Assembly (NCBI RefSeq): GCF_004010195.1 | Contig: NC_057758.1 | Location: forward strand, 337,598-399,597 | Length of the DNA: 62,000 bases | From: Chiloscyllium plagiosum | Lineage: Eukaryota | Direction of reading: 5' to 3' | In this document: positions 1 to 11,887 of the stretch, piece by piece | Layout of the letters: each line of letters begins with the position of its first letter | How positions within the stretch are numbered: the stretch's first letter is position 1 | Program-made: the position numbers and the translations under genes | The notes under the pieces: model-generated | Database searches by the model: none | The model's input: the letters and a program-made list of their open reading frames with translations, nothing else | What the model was told of the DNA's origin: nothing

Positions 1-2512
1 CTGTAAACAGTAAAGTGGCTTGAAGTGTGTATACTTCAATGCAAGAAGTATACGATATAAGGTAGGTGAACTTGCAGCGTGGGTTGGTACCTGGGACTTT
101 GATGTTGTGGCTATTACGGAGACATGGGTAGAACAGGGACAGGATTGGCTGTTGCAGGTTCCAGGGTTTAAATGTTTTAGTAGGGTCAGAGGTGGGGGTA
201 AAAGAGGGGGAGGTGTGGCATTGCTTGTCAAAGATAGTATTACAGCGGTGGAAAGGACGATGGATGAAGGCTCGCCATCTGAGGTAGTTTGGGCTGAGGT
301 TAGGAATAGGAAAGGTGAGGTCACCCTGTTAGGAGTTTTCTACAGGCCTCCTAATAGTCCTAGAGACGTAGAATAAATGATTGCGAGGATGATTCGGAAG
401 AAGAGTGAAAGTAATAGGGTGGTTGTTATGGGGGACTTTAACTTTCCAGATATTGACTGTGAAAGCTATAGCTCGAGTTCGTTAAATGGGTCGGTGTTTG
501 TCCAATGTGTGCAGGAGGGTTTCTTGACACAATATGTAGACAGGCCAACAAGAGGTGAGGCCATACTGGATTTAGTTTTGGGTAACGAACCAGGCCAAGT
601 GTTAGAATTGGATGTAGGTGAGCACTTTGGGGACAGTGACCACAATTCGGTGACTTTTACTCTAGTGATGGAGAGGGATAAGTGTGCACTGCAGGGCAAG
701 AGTTATAGCTGGGGGCAGGGAAATTATGATTCGGTGAGGCACGACCTAGGATGCTTCGCTTGGAAAAGTAGGCTTCAAGGCATGGGCACAATTGATATGT
801 GGAGCTTGTTCAAGGAGCAACTATTGAGTGTCCTTGATAAGTATGTACCTGTCAGGCAGGGAGGAAAGGGTCGTGTGAGGGAGCCGTGGTTTAATAAGGA
901 ATTGGAATCCCTTGTTAAATGGAAGAGGGCGGCCTATGTAAAGACGAGGCGTGAAGGTTCAATTGGGGCGATTGAGAGTTACAAGGTAGCCAGGAAGGAN
1001 NNNNNNNNNNNNNNNNNNNNNNNNNNNNNNNNNNNNNNNNNNNNNNNNNNNNNNNNNNNNNNNNNNNNNNNNNNNNNNNNNNNNNNNNNNNNNNNNNNNN
1101 NNNNNNNNNNNNNNNNNNNNNNNNNNNNNNNNNNNNNNNNNNNNNNNNNNNNNNNNNNNNNNNNNNNNNNNNNNNNNNNNNNNNNNNNNNNNNNNNNNNN
1201 NNNNNNNNNNNNNNNNNNNNNNNNNNNNNNNNNNNNNNNNNNNNNNNNNNNNNNNNNNNNNNNNNNNNNNNNNNNNNNNNNNNNNNNNNNNNNNNNNNNN
1301 NNNNNNNNNNNNNNNNNNNNNNNNNNNNNNNNNNNNNNNNNNNNNNNNNNNNNNNNNNNNNNNNNNNNNNNNNNNNNNNNNNNNNNNNNNNNNNNNNNNN
1401 NNNNNNNNNNNNNNNNNNNNNNNNNNNNNNNNNNNNNNNNNNNNNNNNNNNNNNNNNNNNNNNNNNNNNNNNNNNNNNNNNNNNNNNNNNNNNNNNNNNN
1501 NNNNNNNNNNNNNNNNNNNNNNNNNNNNNNNNNNNNNNNNNNNNNNNNNNNNNNNNNNNNNNNNNNNNNNNNNNNNNNNNNNNNNNNNNNNNNNNNNNNN
1601 NNNNNNNNNNNNNNNNNNNNNNNNNNNNNNNNNNNNNNNNNNNNNNNNNNNNNNNNNNNNNNNNNNNNNNNNNNNNNNNNNNNNNNNNNNNNNNNGAGAA
1701 GCTTCAGAGCTGGGCAGAAAGGTGGCAAATGGGATTCAATGTAGCTAAGTGTGAGGTGATTCACTTTGGGAAGAATAACAAAAAGATGGGGTACTGGGCT
1801 AATGGTCGGATACTTGGTAGTGTGGATGAGCAGAGGGATCTTGGTGTCCATATGCACAGATCACTGAAAGTTGCCACCCACGTAAATAGTGCGGTGAAGA
1901 AGGTATTTGTCGTACTGTCTTTTATTGGTAGAGGAATTGAGTTCCGGAGCCCAGAGGTCATGTTGCAATTGTATAAGCCTCTGCTGCGGCCGCATCTGGA
2001 GTATTATGTGCAGTTTTGGTCGCCATACTATAGGAAGGATGTGAAGGCACTGAACGGGTGCAGAGGAGATTTACCAGGATGTTGCCTGGTATGGTAGGAA
2101 GATCGTATGAGGAAAGACTGAGGCACTTGGGGCTGTTTTCATTGGAGAAAAGAAGGTTTAGGGGTGACTTGATTGCGGTGTACAAGATGATTAGGGGTTT
2201 AGATAGGGTTGACCATGAGAACCTTTTTCCACGTATGGAGTCAGCTATTACGAGGGGGCATAGCTTTAAATTAAGGGGTGGTAGGTATCAGACAGATGTT
2301 AGGGGTAGATTCTTTACTCAGCGTTTCGTGAGTTCATAGAATGCCCTGCCAGTAGCAGTGGTGGACTCTCCCTCTTTGTGGGCATTTGAACGGGCATTGG
2401 ATAGGCATATGGAGGATAGTGGGCGAGTGTAGGTTAGGTGGGTTGGATTGGCGTAACATCGAGGGCCAAAGGGCCTGTACTGCGCTGTATATTTCTGTGT
2501 TCTATGTTCTAT
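1..2512 (+). mobile_element. CR1/HER1-type LINE, ORF2 (APE endonuclease + RT C-terminus) and 3' tail; inactivated
   Basis: APE motifs YFNARSI, VAITETW, GGGVALLVK, YRPPNS, VVMGDFNFP, LDLVL, SDHN. RT C-terminal KCEVIHFG, RPHLEYYVQFWSP, QRRFTRMLPG. 3' tail (TTCTATG)n ends near 2512. In-frame stop at 374-376, frameshift near 2055, N-gap 1000-1695. Confidence 0.95.
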
Positions 2513-4800
2513 AACAGGCTCTTTGACCCACGATGTTGTGCCGAGATTTAATCCAATTGTAAAATATAGTAACAACTTACACACCCCTCAACTCATTGCT
2601 ATCCACGTGCATGTCCAGTAGTCGCTTAAATGTCCCCAATAACTCTGCTTCCACCATCACCGCTAGTAACGCATTCCATGTATTCGTAACTCTCTGTGTA
2701 AAAAAACCTACCTCTGACGTCTCCTTTATACCTTCCTCATAATATATTCAAACTATGACTTCTCGTACCAGTCAATCCTGCCCTGGGGAAAACTCTATGG
2801 CTATTGACTCAATCTATTCCTCTCATTATTTTGTACACCTCTATCAGGTCCACTCTCTACCTCCTTCTCTCCGCGGGGAAAATCCGAGCCTATTCAACCT
2901 TTCATCATAAGACAAGCCCTCCAGTCAAGGCAGGATCCTGGTGAACCTTCTTTGCACCCTCTCCAAAGCCTCTGTACCTTTCTTATAGTAGGGCGACCAG
3001 AACTGGACGCAATATTCCAAGTGTGGACTCATCAGGGACTTGTAGGACTGCAGCAAATCCTCGTGGCTCTTAAACTCTATCCCCCTGTCAATGAAGGCCA
3101 AAATGCTTTCTTGACAACCCTATCCACGTAGGTGACAACTTTGAGGAATCTATGTACTTGTACTGCCAGATACCTCTGTTCCTCCACACTGTCAAGAATC
3201 CTGTCTTTAATCCTATATTTAGCATTCGAGTTCGACATTCCAAAATACATCACTTCGCATTTATCCAGGTTGAACTCCATCTGCCATTTCTCAGCCTAGC
3301 TCTGCATTCTGTCTATGTCGCGCTGCAGCCTGCAGTAGCCCTCTATATTATTGACGACACCTCCAACCTTTGTGTCATCTGCAAATTTGCTAACCTACCA
3401 CTCAAAATCCTCATCCAAATCATTTATGAAAACGACAAAGCACAGACCCGTGCGGGACACCAGTCAACACTGTACTCCAGGCAGAATACGTTCCATCTAC
3501 AACCACTCTCTGCCTTCTGTCAGCCAGCCAATTCTGAATCCAGATAGCCAAAACTCCCTGTAACCCATTCTTCCTTACTTTATGAATGAGCATACAATGG
3601 AGAACCCTATCAAATGCCTTGCTGAAATTCATATTCACCACATCCACTGCTCGACCGTCGTCGACCTGTATTGACGCCTCCTTAAAGAGCTCATTAGTAT
3701 TTGTGAGACATGACCTGCCCCTCACAAAACCATGCTGACTGCCTTTAATTACACGATGCTTTGCCAAATCGTCATAAATCCTATCCCTCAGAATTCTTTC
3801 CAAAACTTTGCTGGCCACAGAAAGAAGACTGACTGGTCTGTAATTGCCAGGGATTTCCCTATTACCCTTTTTAAAAAGTGGAACAACATTCGCCTCCTTC
3901 CAATCCTCCGGTATGACTCCCGTGGAGAGTGAGGAGACAAATATCTTCGCCAGCAGCTTAGCAACCTCCTTCCTCGCTTCCCGGAAGATAAATCCGTTCG
4001 GGCCCTGGGGACTTATCAATCTTAATGTTTTCCAAAATTTCTAGCATATCAACTTCATCAATCTTGATCTGGTCAAGACTGTATCCCAGCTCCTCTAAGT
4101 TTACATTCACAACAAGTTCCCTTTCCTTGGAGAAAAGCGAAGCAAAAAGCTCATTTAGGGCTTCCCCTATCTGCTCAGAATTCACGCACAAGTTTCCTCC
4201 GCTATCCCTGATCGGCCCTACCTTCTCCCTGATCATTCCTTACATATGAGTAAAACACCTTTGGGTTCTCCCAAATCCTTGTTGCCAAGCCTTTTTTGTG
4301 CCCCTGCTGGCTCTCTTCAGTCCATTTCTGAGCTCCTTTCCAGCAAGCCTGTAATCTTCTCAAGTTATGCTAGATCCTTGCTTCCTCCACCTTACGTAAG
4401 CTGCCTTCTTCCTTTTGATGAGAAGTTCCTCTGTTCTCGTCATCCAAGTTTCCTTAATCTTACCTCTTCTTACCTACCTCAGAGGAACAATTTTGTGCAT
4501 CACTCGCAACAACTCCTTAAATACTCTCCACATGTCTGCTGTGCCCTTTTTGTGGAACAATTGCTCCCAGTCTATACTTCACAACTCCTGTCTGATAGCG
4601 TCATGATTTCCTTTTTTTCCCAATTAAATATCTTCCTTCGATAATTGCTCCTTTCACTTTCCAAGGTTATGCTAAATGTGAGGCAGTTGTGATCACTGAC
4701 ACCAAAGTGCTCTCCCACCGCGAGATCTGACACCTGTGTTAGCTCGTTGCCGAGCACCAAATCCAAAATGGCCTTTCCCCTCGTCGGTCTGTCGACAAAT
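2513..4800 (-). mobile_element. Degenerate CR1 LINE (APE end, RT, 3' UTR)
   Basis: Minus-strand ORFs: DKSPGP, PEDWKEANVVPLFKKG, NYRPVSL, SQHGFVRGRSCLTN, FSKAFDRV, RRQRVVVDG, GVPHGSVL, MEFNLDKCEVMYFG, EHFGVSDHN. Multiple frameshifts. Confidence 0.95.
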
Positions 4801-5240
4801 CATGCAATGGTCGCATCTGAGTTGACCCCAAGGAAAGGTGAAATTGTCCTATGATTTTCTATTGCATTTTGCTTCACGACTCTTATGACTCTTGCACTGT
4901 CAAGGCCTCTACGCATCTCTGAGCTCGCCTGCATCACTCTCCATAAGATTGTCCAGAGATAGGGGCTGCACGCTGTCCCTTGTGATACCACACTGTGGTC
5001 CAGCTACATGTTCTGGAAAGGCCAAATGGCATGGTGCTTTCCAATAAACGTGAACTGGCGCTGTTTATTGTGTTTCCAACTGAGTAACCATTGGGAGGAA
5101 CTAGCTGAAGGTAAAGCTGCACTGACTCATAGAGAAGTCAGCAAAACCTTTGGCCGTGTACACCACTGAATTTGCATCCCTTCCAGGCTACCTTAGTTGG
5201 AACATACATGAGTCATTGTGGATAGTTTGTCCATCTGTTA
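4800..5240 (-). mobile_element. Degenerate Ty3/Gypsy RT fragment
   Basis: Minus frame YLQLVPPNGYSVGNTINSASSRLLESTMPFGLS resembles Gypsy RT AYLQL...TINTHKG...RLPFG; a decayed YLDD-like segment follows. Confidence 0.5.
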
Positions 5241-5339
5241 AATAATTGCTTATATCATGGAGCTGACTGCTGCCCAGTTGCCAAACTGTGAGAGAGCCTT
5301 GAAAGTCGTGTGCCATTCATGAAGAGAACGTAAGGACTG

Positions 5340-5810
5340 CACCTCAACTTCCCCATATACTTCACTTAGGGCTTGAAAGTCCTGTCCTTTCACCAATGCC
5401 AAATCCAAGTCACCCAACAGCAGGAGGAAGAGGACTTTATCTCCCGCCTTGGGGTGTTTCAAGGACACGCCATCAGCATCGACCTCACTAGTTTTCAACG
5501 TTCTGTCCGCCCAACAGATCCTAACCTTCCACACTTCACCGCCCTCTTGACATGCGTGTTCATCCTCCTTCCCACCTACCTGCTCCACCCTCCCCACTGA
5601 TATGTCACAATCACCCATTCGTGCGTCTACCTATCACCTTCCCAGCTATCTTCTTCCAGCCCCACCCAACGTCTTATTTACTTCACAGCCCATTGTACCC
5701 ACCACCACCTCGCCGCATTCTTAATTAAGGGATTATGTCCGAAACGTCTATTCTCCTGCTCTTCTGCTGCTGCGTGAATTGTTGTGATTTTGCAATGCCA
5801 CACTTTTCAA
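5340..5810 (+). mobile_element. Penelope-like element 3' fragment (GIY-YIG C-terminus + decayed pLTR/hammerhead)
   Basis: EEEDFISRLGVFQGHAISIDLTSF matches the typical PLE endonuclease C-terminus. Decayed core AAGGGATTATGTCCGAAACGTC near 5727. Confidence 0.7.
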
Positions 5811-6029
5811 CTGTGACATTCATGATTCAACACATGATCATATCCAAAAGCTCACTGTTGCTTTCTGTCAATACCTGCTGCTGAGTATCTAAACAACTCG
5901 CTTTGTTCCATTAACATAGTCAGGTGGGTTTCAGTGTGGGAATGGAAGCACTGAGGAAAAGTTTGAAATGTGAGATGAATGCGTTACAAAAGACAGACGT
6001 TCATTGGCAACCTTGGTGCAACTAACGAT

Positions 6030-6590
6030 TAGAGTCATAGCATCACAGAGATCTACTGCACAGAAAAGAAAAACACCGTATGGCCCACAGCGCCCGCGTT
6101 GGTGAAAGCAAGTTGCAAAATAATGTTATCAATGTTCCAGCATTTCGTCAATATCTGTGGATGCATTCGCATGGAATTACATACTTAAGTATCGCTTCAA
6201 TGTTATGCTAATTTCTGCCTGGAACACAGTCACTGCAATGAATTCCAAATTTACAACACATTCTGAAGGAACAAGAGTTTTGTCCTATGTTTGAATCTTC
6301 TGTCCCTTCACTTGCATGCATAGTTCCCTGGTCACTGATTCCTCCTACAAGGGGAAAGGTTCTTTCCTTTCTACCCTAAAGATTCATCTCGTAATTTTAT
6401 GCATCACAATCATGTCCTATCTCACTCTTCTCTGATCTGAGGAAAACAATCCCAATCCGCCCAATCTCTCTTCATAAGTGGACCTCTCCAGTATTGTCAA
6501 TATGCTGGCAAATCATCTTTGTGAACTCTCCGTTGATATTACGTCGTTCCGATCAGATTGGTTGCAGAACTACACTTCATAATCTTGTTG
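6030..6590 (-). mobile_element. Old CR1 3' fragment
   Basis: Reverse-oriented tail (agagtcatagcatcacag) and decayed similarity to the CR1 3' region at 2513-3050. Confidence 0.6.
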
Positions 6591-6964
6591 AATATAAAGG
6601 GGAAAGGGTTTTTCTTTTGCTGTGTCGCGCTCGAGCATCTATCTCTGAACGACTAAACCTGGATTCAACTTATCCAGGGGCGGTTGCAATGTTTGTGGGC
6701 GTTTATTCTGAAATATCTGAAAATCGCAAAGGAATAGCTTGGCAAATTGGGGAACGTCGAGATAATCTGTGGCTGGACCTGGAAGTCTTGGGTATTACAT
6801 CAACAATGTAATAAAAGTAAATCACAGCAGTAACCAACAGAATGGAGGACTGCAAGTTATTGGAAAAATAGAGAAAGGAGGAGCTAGTACCTTCACTACA
6901 TTCAAAAGTGGATAAATGTGCAGACACGGATATAATGCAGCCTTGAATAATAAGTAAAAAAAAA

Positions 6965-7112
6965 AGAAAAATCTTGGAAATCAGAAGCAAGAGCAGCAAA
7001 TGCTGGGAAGATTCAACAGAGCTGGCAGCATCTGTGAAGAGAAAGGATAGATCCTTCGCAGGTGCGGTCAGGCCAGTTAGGTTTTCCAAGCATATCTGCT
7101 TTTGTTTGCAAT
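6965..7112. repeat. Decayed inverted-repeat Penelope pLTR-type element
   Basis: gcaagagcagcaaatgctgggaag...gctggcagcatctgtgaag followed by an imperfect reverse complement (cttcgcaggtgcggtcagg...ttttccaagcatatctgcttttgtttgc). Confidence 0.5.
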
Positions 7113-7364
7113 TTTTCCCTGGTGCTGAGGCAGGCATGAAAGGATAGATCAGGGGTCCTTGCACTAATTTTAAAACACTAATGTTCGACGCAGATCAGGT
7201 GAGAACGACATTCTCACGACAGTAAGATCCAATGGGAAACAAAGCTGAATGGCAAGAGGCAGAGGATGATGGTAGAGGGATGTGAATTGAAATATTTCAT
7301 CAAAAGGTTCATGTCAAGACAAAAGTTGGCAGGGTGAAGTACAGTACGTTGCGTTGAGGCAGAA

Positions 7365-7610
7365 GCGTGATGCAGTGGTTTGCATGGTGGTTTCACAGCA
7401 CCAGGAACCAAAATTCGATTCCAGTCATTGATCGATTCCGTTTGGAGTTTGCATGTTCTCCTGTGATTGTATGGGTTTACAGGAGTCCTCCGGTTTACTT
7501 CCACACGCCAAATATGTGCAGCATAGACGCAGTTACCATGGTGAATTCAGGATTATATGGATGGAGTTGGTCTGGATGGGATACGTTTTCGAGAGTCGGT
7601 ACTCACTCTT
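7365..7610 (+). mobile_element. Old V-SINE (HE1-like)
   Basis: Decayed tRNA-derived head (cagtggtt...ttcgattcc) and V-domain gagtttgcatgttctcctgtg...ctccggtttacttccaca. Confidence 0.7.
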
Positions 7611-7979
7611 GAGCGGTATAGGAATACAAAGATCATAGCCAGAAATTTTAGGAGGGTATTGCTCTGTTGATGTGGTGCAGAGTAGAATATTTTCTGGGCC
7701 AACAAAAGTAACGTGATGGACTGGGTTTGAGGATGGTTGACAAGGCAAGTAATTAAATAATGTTGGGCAGCATCCCAGGAATCGATGGCAACAGAACCAT
7801 TTACTTTCATCATTTAGACATAGCGAGGTTGAACAATGTAACTCCCTCAGATGGACAACTACTAAAACTCGCATTGGGAAACAGGGAATTTTTTTATCTG
7901 TCGCGTATGTTCCAATTCTTCAAAAACTAAATTTTAAGAATTCCAACCCTCACCATGGCTGATCTATTAAAAGATCTCT

Positions 7980-8555
7980 GAAAGCAGTAAGTTAGGTATA
8001 GAAGGTTTTTGTTTTGTGGCAGGCACAAGGGATAGTTGCCTTTATCATCTGAAACATTTTGCACAAGAACAGGGAGGCTAAGATGGGATCACATAAACCT
8101 TGTTCACCCACAACTAGAGTTCTGTGTGACGTTCTGGACACCACATTCTCAGAATGATGCATCAGCTTTGGGGAAGCAGCAGAGGAGATTTACCAGGATG
8201 TTTCCTGGGCTGCTCCTTCTTCTGGAATAAGGGATGCTTGATGGCGATCTTTTAGAAATTTACAAGGTAATTATCGGAATAGATAAGGTAGTGATGTGTG
8301 TTGTTCATCCCTGGAAAAGAAGATTTAAGGTGACAGGAAAACAAATCAGCTGGCAGTTGATCAAAATTTGTTTCACCAAGAAGAGTTGTAATCTGGAGCT
8401 CGCTCCCTGAACCATGCAACGTTGAAGCAGCCTTTGGATATCCAATTGTGTTGCCAGGTGTATGGGCCAAGAGCTATAAATGGGATTGGTACAGTCATTT
8501 CCGTGTTGACTGGCGAATATAACATGGATCAAATGGCCTCCTTCTGAACTGTAAG
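7980..8555 (+). mobile_element. Old CR1 3' fragment
   Basis: HPQLEFCVTFWTPH...QQRRFTRMFPGL followed by a CR1-like 3' UTR (ggatcaaatggcctccttctgaactgt). Confidence 0.8.
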
Positions 8556-9317
8556 TATTTACTAGTCCTTGACGATTGGAGAAGAGGATTGTATGGCTCA
8601 TGAAGGACAGGTTATCAAGCTCGGAGTGGTGGAAATAAAGGAAGTGATACTTTAAATGTGACAAATATTATTGTGGGAAGGTTGTGCATGCCAACAATAG
8701 TTGTTTGAAATGGCGGAGGATGGAAAATGAGGAACTATTGAAACATGTTGAAAGTTCCTGAAATACAGTGGGATGAAGGGGAAGACATTGAGTTTGTGAT
8801 GAAAGTGCAGATGCTTTCTATGCCTGGAAAAACTGAGACAACAAAGTTGAAGGAAGGGAAAGGGAAAGTGGAACCATGGCAAGTTAAAAATGAGCTAAGT
8901 GCATAAATCAGAGAAGTGCATGATGACATTTCTCTTTGTCAGGTAAGAACACAAGAATCATTCTGCCACAGATGAAGTAGAAAATGGAGCTGATGAGGGG
9001 GTCCAGAATAGAGCCAGAAGGCAAACTGTTCCAGGTACTGCACAGAAAAAGCCAAGCGTAAATTGGACAACATTCGTGTGCAGGACCAAATGTTTGATTT
9101 AAATGAAGTAAGGAAAATTAATAGCAAATGATGTTCACTGCACAAACGTGAGGCTGAGTGGGTTGAAGCGATTACCATTGAAGACAAGTCACGAACTGCA
9201 CTACGTCAAGAAGGTAGCTGAGCATCATCTTCTCTGCTATGGATGGGAAATAAGTGTGGGGTCCAGGCAGCAACGCCCACATTTTCCAAACAAATATTAA
9301 GGAAACAAAATCTACAA

Positions 9318-9445
9318 ATAAGACCATAAGACATAGGAGTGGAAGTAAGGCCATTCGGCCCATCGAGTCCACTCCGACATTCAATCATGGCTGATGGGCA
9401 TTTCAACTCCACTTACCTGCATTCTCCCCGTAGCCCTTAATTCCT
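9318..9445 (-). mobile_element. Young, 5'-truncated CR1 3' end
   Basis: ataagaccataagacataggagtggaagtaaggccattcggcccatcgag is the reverse complement of a CR1 3' hairpin plus short-repeat tail. Confidence 0.8.
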
Positions 9446-10052
9446 CAAATGTATGTTGAGAAAGAGAGAGAGGACAAGGGGAAACAGACAGAGACAAGAC
9501 AGGAAGAAAATAATTCACTGTCACATGGACAAACTCAAATCATGTATCTCTCAGTAAAATCTGTTGGTAGATTTTGAGCAAAAGATAGAAGTAGGCTTAA
9601 GAGGTATTGGCTGAGGCCTCAAACGGTGTCGGGAGTATCTACAGGAGAAAAAAAGGCTCAATGGCAATTCTGGACAGAAAAAGTTTTACAATGCAATGCG
9701 GGTATATCGTTTTGATGGGTTGTTGGACAACCGAATGGGATTTGAGTGTGCATATATATATGTGTATGGATGTGTGTGTGTGTTGGTTTGCCAGCCGGCA
9801 GCAAGCAACCAATCTCAGCAGAGGGAAACCCAGCACGGATATTACATGAAACAGCAGAGCACAACAGACTCAAAGGAAGTCTCGTTAGCATTGGTGGCGG
9901 GAGGTGTAGCTGCAGATACGGACTGAAGGTTGACTTTTCAGAGTGAAACATTTCAAAGCGAGAGACGGACAAAACGGACAGCTACAGATGGAGAGTTTTC
10001 TAGGCAGTTGGAGAGTTCCATTGGTCGGGTAAGATGGGCTGATGGAATCAAG

Positions 10053-10152
10053 ATTCGGAGATGCATCTGATGAAGGAGCGTCGCTTCGAAAGCTAGTGTG
10101 CTTCCAATTAAACCTGTTGGACTATAACCTGGTGTTGTGCGATTTTTAACTT
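10053..10152 (+). mobile_element. 100-bp Penelope-derived insertion with a hammerhead core, flanked by a 13-bp TSD
   Basis: Perfect direct repeat TGATGGAATCAAG at 10040-10052 and 10153-10165. The body matches the right arm of the 52169-52419 element. Confidence 0.85.
10067..10095 (+). ncRNA. Minimal type I hammerhead ribozyme core
   Basis: CUGAUGA-A-GGAGC(GUC)GCUUC-GAAA-GC-UA. Stem II pairs with one G-U; the stem III region is palindromic (AGCU). Confidence 0.65.
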
Positions 10153-10689
10153 TGATGGAATCAAGGCATCGAGAATTATTCAACTAATTAAATATAAGAA
10201 CAGCCTTCAAGGTCCGTTAGTCCTTCTCCTACCCTTAAATGGGAGGTCTACCAACCTTGAAATATAAATCTTCGAAAAGTAGGAACGGCCTGAACCAACA
10301 TGTGGAACAATAAAAAAAAGCGACATCATTGCTTTCCCCAACTTTTAGCTAAGCTCCGAACTTTGACAGGCAGATAAATGAAGCACACAAATATGTCAAA
10401 TTAAACAGTAAAGGATAACCTTTCCTGGTCATACGCACACAACGTGCAAGCTTCACGTGTAAACGTGTAACCAGTTAAAGTGACTATCTGGAACTTTATT
10501 CATGCTAACGTGCATACAGGCTTTGATTTGGTTTTGTTAAAAACCAGTTAACTTAAAAAGAAAAATTGGAATTGTCAGCTCTGTCTCAATCTGTTCATAA
10601 TGGAAGGAGATGAAATGATAGGAATTTTATTTAAATATCGACAAATGTCATAAAAACGCAAGACAAAGAGATTTGACACACATGTAAGG

Positions 10690-11340
10690 AACACAGAAAA
10701 CATACACACAGGAGCAACAGGTTATTGGGAAGGTTATTGGAATGTCGGCCCTTCTTTAAAAGGATAGAGTGTAAGCAGAGGTAAGTCTTATTGAAACTGA
10801 ATAATGTGCTGGTGAGACCACATTTGGAGTGCTGAGAGCACTTTTTGTTCCCTTATTTAAGGAAATATGTCATTTAGTTGGAGGCTGGTAAGGGAATATT
10901 CACCGGCATGATCGTATTATTAAGGCTGTGTCTGAGCAAAGGCTGAAGAGGTTGAGAATTGATTAGAAGAATGAAAAGTAATATGTATGATTCTAAAGGA
11001 GTTTCATATGGGTATATTCTATGATGTTTCCACTCATCGGGGAAATGAGGACCAGAGTCTCAGAATAAAAGGCACCAAGTTAATATTGAGATCAAGAGGA
11101 ATTCCTTTACTCCGAGGATTGTCACTTCTTGACACTCCTTGCTAGAGAGAGATGTTCAGGTCAGAATCCTTGTGTTTATTTAAGGCTAAGATCGATATAC
11201 TCTTCCTCAGCGGGGAAATCAATGACTACAGGGAACGGAAAGGGAAGTGGATGTATGGAATCTTAAAAGAAATATGACCATGTTAAACAGGAGAACAGGA
11301 TTGAGGGGCCGAATGGCCTACTTCTTTTTTCTAATGTGAT
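10690..11340 (+). mobile_element. Old CR1 3' fragment
   Basis: gtgagaccacatttggagtgc (VRPHLE-like) through to the 3' hairpin gaggggccgaatggcctacttc. Confidence 0.8.
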
Positions 11341-11584
11341 CTTTGCATCGGCTCCCACCGGAATTGATCCTTCAGCGATACTGATACACATGAATAGGGC
11401 AAGGTAGACTAGTCGTGCTGACGGAGAAAAGTGAAGAGAGAGAGAGAGAGAGATTGATCATTGAGGAATGCAGAGTGAGAAAACATCAGGTCGAGGCAGC
11501 GGGACAGAAACGCGAAGATAGATAGAGATGAAAAGGGACAGAGAAAGAAGGAAAGCGTAGAGAGCAGAAAGGTTCAGATGTATG

Positions 11585-11887
11585 ATTAGATTAGATTACC
11601 TACAGTGTGGAAATGGGTCGTTCGGGCCCACAAGTCCACACCGACCCTCACCCGGATCCTTTTCCCTCTGACTAACGCACATAACCTATGGGCAAATTGG
11701 CATGGCCAATTCACCTGGCCTGCACATGTTTGGACTGTGGGAGGAAACCGGAGCACCCGGACGAAGCCCACACAGACCCGGGGAGAATGTGCAAACTCCA
11801 CGCTGTCAGTCGCCGGAGGCTGCAATTGAACCAGGGACCCTGGTACTGTGAGGAAGCAGTGCGAACCACTGAGCCACTGTGCTACCC
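11585..11887 (-). mobile_element. V-SINE (HE1-like)
   Basis: (ATTAG)n tail, V-domain ggactgtgggaggaaaccggagcacccgg and reverse tRNA head. Confidence 0.92.

Noticed and set aside
979..1857. Long ORFs of 455 aa (377-1744) and 292 aa (979-1857)
   Set aside because: Their length comes from translating the N-gap at 1000-1695.
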